Origin: an uncultured Planctomycetota bacterium
GTDB taxonomy: Bacteria; Planctomycetota; Planctomycetia; Pirellulales; Lacipirellulaceae
NCBI GenBank assembly: GCA_963719315.1
Contig: CAVRBU010000002.1
Coordinates: 736,001-800,000 of the forward strand
Direction of reading: 5' to 3'
DNA: 64,000 bases
Below are positions 58,209 through 64,000 of the stretch, in pieces. Each line of letters begins with the position of its first letter. Position 1 is the first letter of the stretch. Both the position numbers and the translations under genes were made by a program. The notes under the pieces are model-generated. The model ran no database searches. It saw only the letters and a program-made list of their open reading frames with translations, and was not told the origin of the DNA.

Positions 58209-60293
58209 ATTCTTCCGCAACACGATTGCTCCTTGGCAATGGGGCCTGTTGGCTCTCGTGCCGCCGGCGATTGTTGCGCTCTATTTTCTCAAGCTGAAGC
58301 GGCAGCCGCTGGAGGTGCCCAGCACTTATCTTTGGAAGCGGTCGATTGAAGACATGCACGTCAACAGTCTGTGGCAGAGACTGCGGCAGAATTTGTTGTT
58401 GTTTCTACAGTTGTTGCTCGTGGCCTTGGCGATGCTCGCGTTGATGAGGCCGGGGTGGGAGAGTTCGAAGCTCGATGGCGAGCGGTTCATCTTCCTGGTC
58501 GATAATTCGGCCAGCATGTCGGCGACCGATGTCGACGGAGCCAAGAATCGGCTCGACGAGGCGAAGAAATTGGTAGGGGGCTTGATCGATCAGATGGACT
58601 CGGGGATGACGGCGATGCTGGTGAGCTTCGCCGATACGCCGCAAGTCGTGCAAGAATTTACCAACAATCGCCGGCTGTTGCGCGAGCGGTTGGAGTCGAT
58701 CCAACCGACGGTCCGCGGCACCGATCTCAAGGGCGCGTTGGAACTGGCGGATGGTCTGGCCAACCCGAGCCGCATGCCGATCCAGGAAGGCGACCGGGAA
58801 ATCGACGTCGTCGAAGCCCAGCCGGCGACCGTCTATATCTTTAGCGATGGCCGGTTTGAGGACGTAAAGGGTTTTGCGCTCGGCAATCTCAAGCCGTACT
58901 ATATTCCGCTGGGGTCGTTGGAAGCCAAGAATCTGGCGATTACGGCGTTCAGCACGCGGCGAAGCGACGCGCATCCCGAGGAACGGCAGGCGTTCGTGCA
59001 GGTTTCGAATTTTACCAGCGAGGCCCAGAAGCCGATCGTCGAGGTGCAACTGGACGGCAGCTTTCTCGACGCCAAGGATGTAGATGTTCCGGCGGGCGAA
59101 TCGAGCGGCGTCGTGTTTCCGCTGGCCAATGCGCCGGCCGGCAAGCTCACGGCACGGTTGAAATACGAGCTTGATACGCCCGGCAAGCGCGATGCGCTTG
59201 AGCAGGACGACACCGGCTATGCCGCGCTCAACGACGCCAAGCCGGGCCGGGTGCTCGTCGTTACGCCGGGCAACGTCGCCCTGGAAGTCGCGCTCGCCAC
59301 GCAGCGCGCCGGAAAGCTCGCCAACATCGAATTCAAGAAGCCCGATGTGTTGACCAGCGACCAATACAAACGCGACGCCGAGAGCGGCGCGTACGATCTG
59401 ATCATTTTCGACCAGTGCGCACCGCCACGATGCCGCGAGCCAACACGCTGCTGATTGGCCAATTGCCGCCCGGACCAACCTGGCGCGGCGGTGCGAAACC
59501 GGGCGACGATGCGAAAGCGAAAGGTGCGCCGCAGAACGAACCGCCGCCAATGGCGTCCGCGCCGCAGATCGTCGATTGGGACCGCTCCCACCCGATCTTG
59601 GCGAGCGTTGAATTGGGCAACGTGGATATCGCGGACAGCATCGTTCTACAGCCGCCGCCGGGGGCAGCGGTGCTGATCGATTCCACGGCCGGCCCCATCG
59701 CGGCCATTGCTCCGCGCGACGCCTACCAAGACGCCGTGCTCGGCTTCGAGATTTTCGGCACGGCCGCCGACGGTTCTCGGACGGTGAACACGAACTGGCC
59801 GCGGCGGCTCAGTTTCCCGACGTTTTGCCTCAATGCGCTCGAATACCTGGCTGGCGGCACCGAGGATTCACAACTGACCTCCACACGGCCTGGCCGACCC
59901 ATTGAGTTTCGCCCGGCCGGCACCGTGCCGCAGTTAAACGTCGTCGATCCCGCGAAAAGGGTTCACACCGTCCAGCGAACGGCTCAAGACGTGTTCCAAT
60001 TTCAAGACACGAGTCAACTGGGTGTGTACGACGTCAAGCGAAGCGATCAGGTCATCGAGCGGTTTGCCGTTAATCTTTTCGACCGGCTCGAGAGCGATGT
60101 CCGAGTGCGGCCGACCCAGGGTGACGCGACAACGACCATTCGCCCGGCCGATATTCGTATTGGCAACATCGATGTGGCAGCGACGGTCGGCCAAACGCCT
60201 TCGCGCACTGAGATTTGGAAGTTCGTGCTGGGGGGCGCCCTGTTCGTGTTGATATTGGAATGGTATATCTACAATCGTCGCGTGTACGTTTAA
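58201..60293 (+). CDS. BatA/VWA-domain membrane protein, frameshifted near 59425
   Basis: LYFLKLKR...PSTYLW...LLLFLQLL, LVDNSASM, FSDG; C-terminal EIW...LEWYIYNRR in another frame. Confidence 0.9.
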
Positions 60294-60429
60294 TTGCACA
60301 TGGACTTACAAGTGAGTGGCTAAGTTGAAGTCCGCCGCGGCGGACGACCCCTACTGCACTGGGGGGGCTCGCCTTCGGCTCGACCCCAGCCACCCCTTTA
60401 TAGACCCATGGATTTTCGAGTTTGGGAGC

Positions 60430-61110
60430 ATGGGAACTTTTAATCGAATCGTCGAAAACGATCTTATCCACCGCGTTTCGGCGGACGAATATCGCGACAA
60501 GATCAAAGACGTGTATGACGGCCGCAAGGGCGCGCTGCTCGCGACGGCGAGCAAGGTTTCGCTTCACATTCAACTCGGCCGCCGACTGATTCGGACGCGG
60601 AAGTTCGACTTGCGAGGATTGAAGGCGATTCTGGACGTCGGCAGCGGCGCCGGCCAAATCGCCGGGCACCTGCTGGAATTCGCCGATTCCGACGCCGAGA
60701 TCACATGCACTGATTTGTCGGCCCAAATGTTGCGCCGCGCCCGCAATCGATTGAAGAACCCGCGGCCGAACTTCGTGGTGGCGGACGTCACTTCCCTGCC
60801 CTTCGCGGATGGTTCCTTCGACGGCATCACCTGCGGATACGTGCTGGAACACGTACCGGATCCCGAAAGGGGTTTGAGCGAGCTTGCGCGCGTGCTGCGC
60901 ACCGGGGGTCGAATGCTGCTCCTAACGACCGAAGACAACTTCTCCGGCGCGTGGACGAGCCGGTTCTGGTACTGCCGCACTTACAATCGGCTCCATCTCA
61001 TGGAACTGTGCGAGTCGCTCGGACTTCGCTGGAAAAACGAGCTATGGTTCACGCGGGTTCACAAAGCGATTCGCGCGGGCGGGATCTGCGTCGAGATCGA
61101 GAAGGTTTAG
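60430..61110 (+). CDS. Class I SAM-dependent methyltransferase
   Basis: ILDVGSGAG, DLSAQML, LPFADGSFD, ELARVLRTGG. Confidence 0.92.
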   Translation: MGTFNRIVENDLIHRVSADEYRDKIKDVYDGRKGALLATASKVSLHIQLGRRLIRTRKFDLRGLKAILDVGSGAGQIAGHLLEFADSDAEITCTDLSAQMLRRARNRLKNPRPNFVVADVTSLPFADGSFDGITCGYVLEHVPDPERGLSELARVLRTGGRMLLLTTEDNFSGAWTSRFWYCRTYNRLHLMELCESLGLRWKNELWFTRVHKAIRAGGICVEIEKV

Positions 61111-61309
61111 GAAGATCTGCGCAAGGAGACCTTCAGTCCTCAGCGGTGCGGGGTCAGGAGACCCGCGCACAACAAGGGCACAACAGGGGGTGGCCCGCGC
61201 ATAATATGGGGTGGCTGGGGTGGAGCGCAGCGACCCCCCAGCGGCACTGGGGGGCTCGCCTTCGGCTCGACCCCAGGCACCCGTTCGTGACGGTAATGCG
61301 AAAAACGCC

Positions 61310-62476
61310 CTAGCGATTGGTCGATCGCAAGACCAGCACCGCCACTTCGGGCGGGCAGCCGATGCGCAGCGGAGTGAGCGCACCGACGCCGCGGCTGACG
61401 TGCATCACCGTATTTCCGGCGGTAAATACGCCAGACACATAACGCACGCCGTGATGGCTGGGGGAGGTTATCGCGCCCAAGATGGGCAGCCGGACCTGGC
61501 CGCCGTGCAGATGTCCGGCCATCATCAGGTCAACGTCGTTGGCTTGCGCCGAAAGAAACTGATCGGGCGAATGCGCGAGTAAGATTCGTGTCGGTCCTGC
61601 GGATGCTTTGTGGCCGGGGCAGTCGCTGAAATCGGCCGCCGGCTCGTACCAGGGGAGTTCATTACCGGCGAGGATGAGGGGCGCTTCGTCGACCGTGATT
61701 TGTCGCCAAGTGCCTCCTACGTGAATGAGCCCGGCCTGCTCCAGCGCCGACTTCAATGCGTGTTCGCTTGCGCGGCGGTCGTGGTTGCCAAGTACATAGT
61801 AAACTCCGTATCGTGCGCGCAGACGACCCAACGTAGACTGAATCCAGCTCAGAAACTGGTCGCCCTCGACGAGGTCGCCGGTGACGGCAATGAGATCGGG
61901 CGCAGTGGCGTTGACTTCCTCGATCACGTGCTCGAAAAATGCGCGGGCAACGCGGCCGCACATGTGCAGATCGGTCAGATGGGCGATTCGCAGGCCGTCG
62001 TGCGCCGGCACAAGGCGCGGAATCACCAGTTCCTTTTCCTGCGTGCGAATTTTCAATATCTGGTTTCCGGGGAGGCGAGCGAGCCAGGTTGGAACGCCTG
62101 AGGCAGTCAGCGGTTCGGCTCGCTCGGGCAAGCGCACGTGGGTCGTATGATTCGACAGCAGCGCAGCGGTTCGCTCAGGGTGTCGCGACCAAAGCCAGCG
62201 TTGAATGGCCGATCCCAGACACAGAATGGCACAGAAGGCGAGGTAGCTAGCCGCGGCAGGGCTGGCGGAAAGTCGCGCGCCGATCGACTTGGGACCGGCT
62301 TGATTCAGCAACGTGGCGGCAACGGCGATTGGCACGAGTGCCCAGGCGGCTACGCAGAACAAGGTGATTAGTTTTATCCAGCGACGTTCAATTCCAAAGG
62401 CATGCACACGATTCACTAGCGAGACCCACAGCACCATGTGTCCGACAGCGCCGAATGCGAGTAACAGCAGTGCCAT
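61310..62476 (-). CDS. Membrane-anchored metallophosphoesterase
   Basis: LTDLH, TGDLV, LGNHD, LAHSPD, GHLHGGQ, VSRGVG. Confidence 0.93.
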   Translation of the reverse strand: MALLLLAFGAVGHMVLWVSLVNRVHAFGIERRWIKLITLFCVAAWALVPIAVAATLLNQAGPKSIGARLSASPAAASYLAFCAILCLGSAIQRWLWSRHPERTAALLSNHTTHVRLPERAEPLTASGVPTWLARLPGNQILKIRTQEKELVIPRLVPAHDGLRIAHLTDLHMCGRVARAFFEHVIEEVNATAPDLIAVTGDLVEGDQFLSWIQSTLGRLRARYGVYYVLGNHDRRASEHALKSALEQAGLIHVGGTWRQITVDEAPLILAGNELPWYEPAADFSDCPGHKASAGPTRILLAHSPDQFLSAQANDVDLMMAGHLHGGQVRLPILGAITSPSHHGVRYVSGVFTAGNTVMHVSRGVGALTPLRIGCPPEVAVLVLRSTNR

Positions 62477-62581
62477 CGACGAACATCCGTTTCAGAGACA
62501 GAAAAGAATCAACGGCGCGTCGTCACAATTCTCGAGGGCGACCTTGCGGCGGCGCGAAGTTGTCGCCCGACGATTGGGCGC

Positions 62582-64000
62582 CTATTTCACTACGGGGCCT
62601 GCGACCAACTGCTCGACGGTTTCCAATAATTGATCGAGTCGGAAGGGTTTGTAAAGCACCGCCTGCAAGCCGGCCTGACGCGCCTTGACGATCGAATGAC
62701 CCGGGTCGTAACCGAAGCCGGTCATCAGCGCCATCGGCACGGTGCCCAGCATTTCCTTGAGCTTGAGCAGCAGGTCGTAGCCAGACATATCGGGCAGGCG
62801 GATGTCGGCGATGATCGCATCGTAATGCTGGTCGGACGATAGACTGCGGACCATGAACTGCGCTTCGCTGCCGTCGTGGGCCGTCTCGACGATGCAGCGG
62901 TAACGCTCCAGCAGGGCGTGAGCGGCGCTGCGGACGCTTTCGTCGGCGTCGATCACCAAAACGCGGCGGCCGACCAGGAGCGGCCGCGGCTCGCAGCGAA
63001 CGGCCGTCGGCTGGGCTTCGGTCGGCGCCATGGACTGGCCGACCTTCTGGATCACTTGCTTGATATCGCGGGCGTTACGGAGGATTTGCTGCAACCGCTG
63101 CACGACTTCGGGCTCGTGGCCGATGTAGCGTTCCATGACGTTGACCGCGTCGTTGAGGATGTCATCGACCGGGAGCGCGACCGCGCTATGGATTGCCTCG
63201 ACGCTGGCAGCGGCCGTACTAGCCTTTTCGGCGGCCAAAAGCTCTAGCGTGTTGAGCGCAATCGCCACATCGCGAGCGAAAATTTCCAGGAATTGCAGAT
63301 CGCTTTCGGTGAATGCCCGCGGCTCGGGGCTTTCCACGTTAAGCGTACCGGTCACACGGTCGTGGAGCATGACGGGCACGGTCAATGAGCTGCGAGCACC
63401 GGCCGCACCTTCGAGGTAGAGCGGATCTTCGCTCGTGTCCTCGCACAAATAGCTCTTGCCCGTGGCTGCGACGAAACCCGTCACGCCGTTTCCGACCGTA
63501 TCGGCACGAAGCTCGCGTCGCGACGCCTCTTCGGTCAGGCCAAAGGCCAGCACCGGCTCGAGACTTTTAGTTTGCGGGTCGAGCATTCGGATTTCGACGA
63601 CGTCGTAGTGCAGCACGTCTTGCGTGCAGTGCAGAATATTCGAGCGTAGTAGCTCGATTCGTTCTTCGACGGACATTTTCGCGACTTCGTCGGTCGTGAG
63701 ATCGGCCAACTCGACGCCTGCCTGGTGGATGGCCGAGAGTTTTTGCTGTTGCAACACCTCGTCGGTCACCTCGCGAATCGTGACCACTAGGTGCCTTGGC
63801 TCGGCACCGGCATCCATAACCGGGGCCGCGTGGACCCGCATGTAGCGATTCTGAAAACAGCGGAGCGTCGAACCGCTGGCGCGACCGGTGGCAAGGGCCG
63901 TGTGGAACGGACAGAAATCCGGCCCGAGAATCTCGGGTGTGCCCATGACGTCATAAAAATTCGAACCGATGACGTCTCCGCGACCGGTCCACTCTCGGAG
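62582..64000 (-). CDS. PAS-GAF-receiver signalling protein, 5' end outside the window
   Basis: Frame stays open to the window edge; GAF (GVTGFVAATGKSY, LNVES), receiver (VLVID, IADIRLPD, YKPF). Confidence 0.88.
   Translation of the reverse strand, partial: LREWTGRGDVIGSNFYDVMGTPEILGPDFCPFHTALATGRASGSTLRCFQNRYMRVHAAPVMDAGAEPRHLVVTIREVTDEVLQQQKLSAIHQAGVELADLTTDEVAKMSVEERIELLRSNILHCTQDVLHYDVVEIRMLDPQTKSLEPVLAFGLTEEASRRELRADTVGNGVTGFVAATGKSYLCEDTSEDPLYLEGAAGARSSLTVPVMLHDRVTGTLNVESPEPRAFTESDLQFLEIFARDVAIALNTLELLAAEKASTAAASVEAIHSAVALPVDDILNDAVNVMERYIGHEPEVVQRLQQILRNARDIKQVIQKVGQSMAPTEAQPTAVRCEPRPLLVGRRVLVIDADESVRSAAHALLERYRCIVETAHDGSEAQFMVRSLSSDQHYDAIIADIRLPDMSGYDLLLKLKEMLGTVPMALMTGFGYDPGHSIVKARQAGLQAVLYKPFRLDQLLETVEQLVAGPVVK

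Overview
GC-rich bacterial chromosome segment. The gene content (DUF1559 prepilin-type protein, YTV-repeat protein, DUF1598, sulfatase, PEP-CTERM, RFSLRTLL-motif membrane proteins) points to Planctomycetota, probably Pirellulales (inference). Most of it is housekeeping and envelope genes: recJ, rpmG, hsp20, sat-cysC, trxA, ilvE, lolCD, lysS, rpiB, a tsaC-phosphatase fusion and a VWA-MoxR-DUF58-BatA operon. It also has an intact IS630, an intact IS5/ISH1-like element, an IS256 remnant, ParDE and HicAB modules, and a small accessory island (about 42.9-47.5 kb) with an orphan R-M-type controller gene and its C-box. At least eight single-indel frameshifts in conserved genes suggest assembly consensus errors. 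The most striking signal is non-coding. Many intergenic spacers are filled by inverted pairs of 7-10-nt tandem repeats, often starting at the upstream stop codon and ending just before the next start, and sometimes nested. One such pair encloses a four-helix-bundle gene, suggesting a full/empty family of operon-spacer elements. Several REP-like palindrome families are present, and one copy is inserted exactly in frame inside recJ. I recognised no rRNA, tRNA or CRISPR array. All family assignments are from motif recognition by eye, not database searches.
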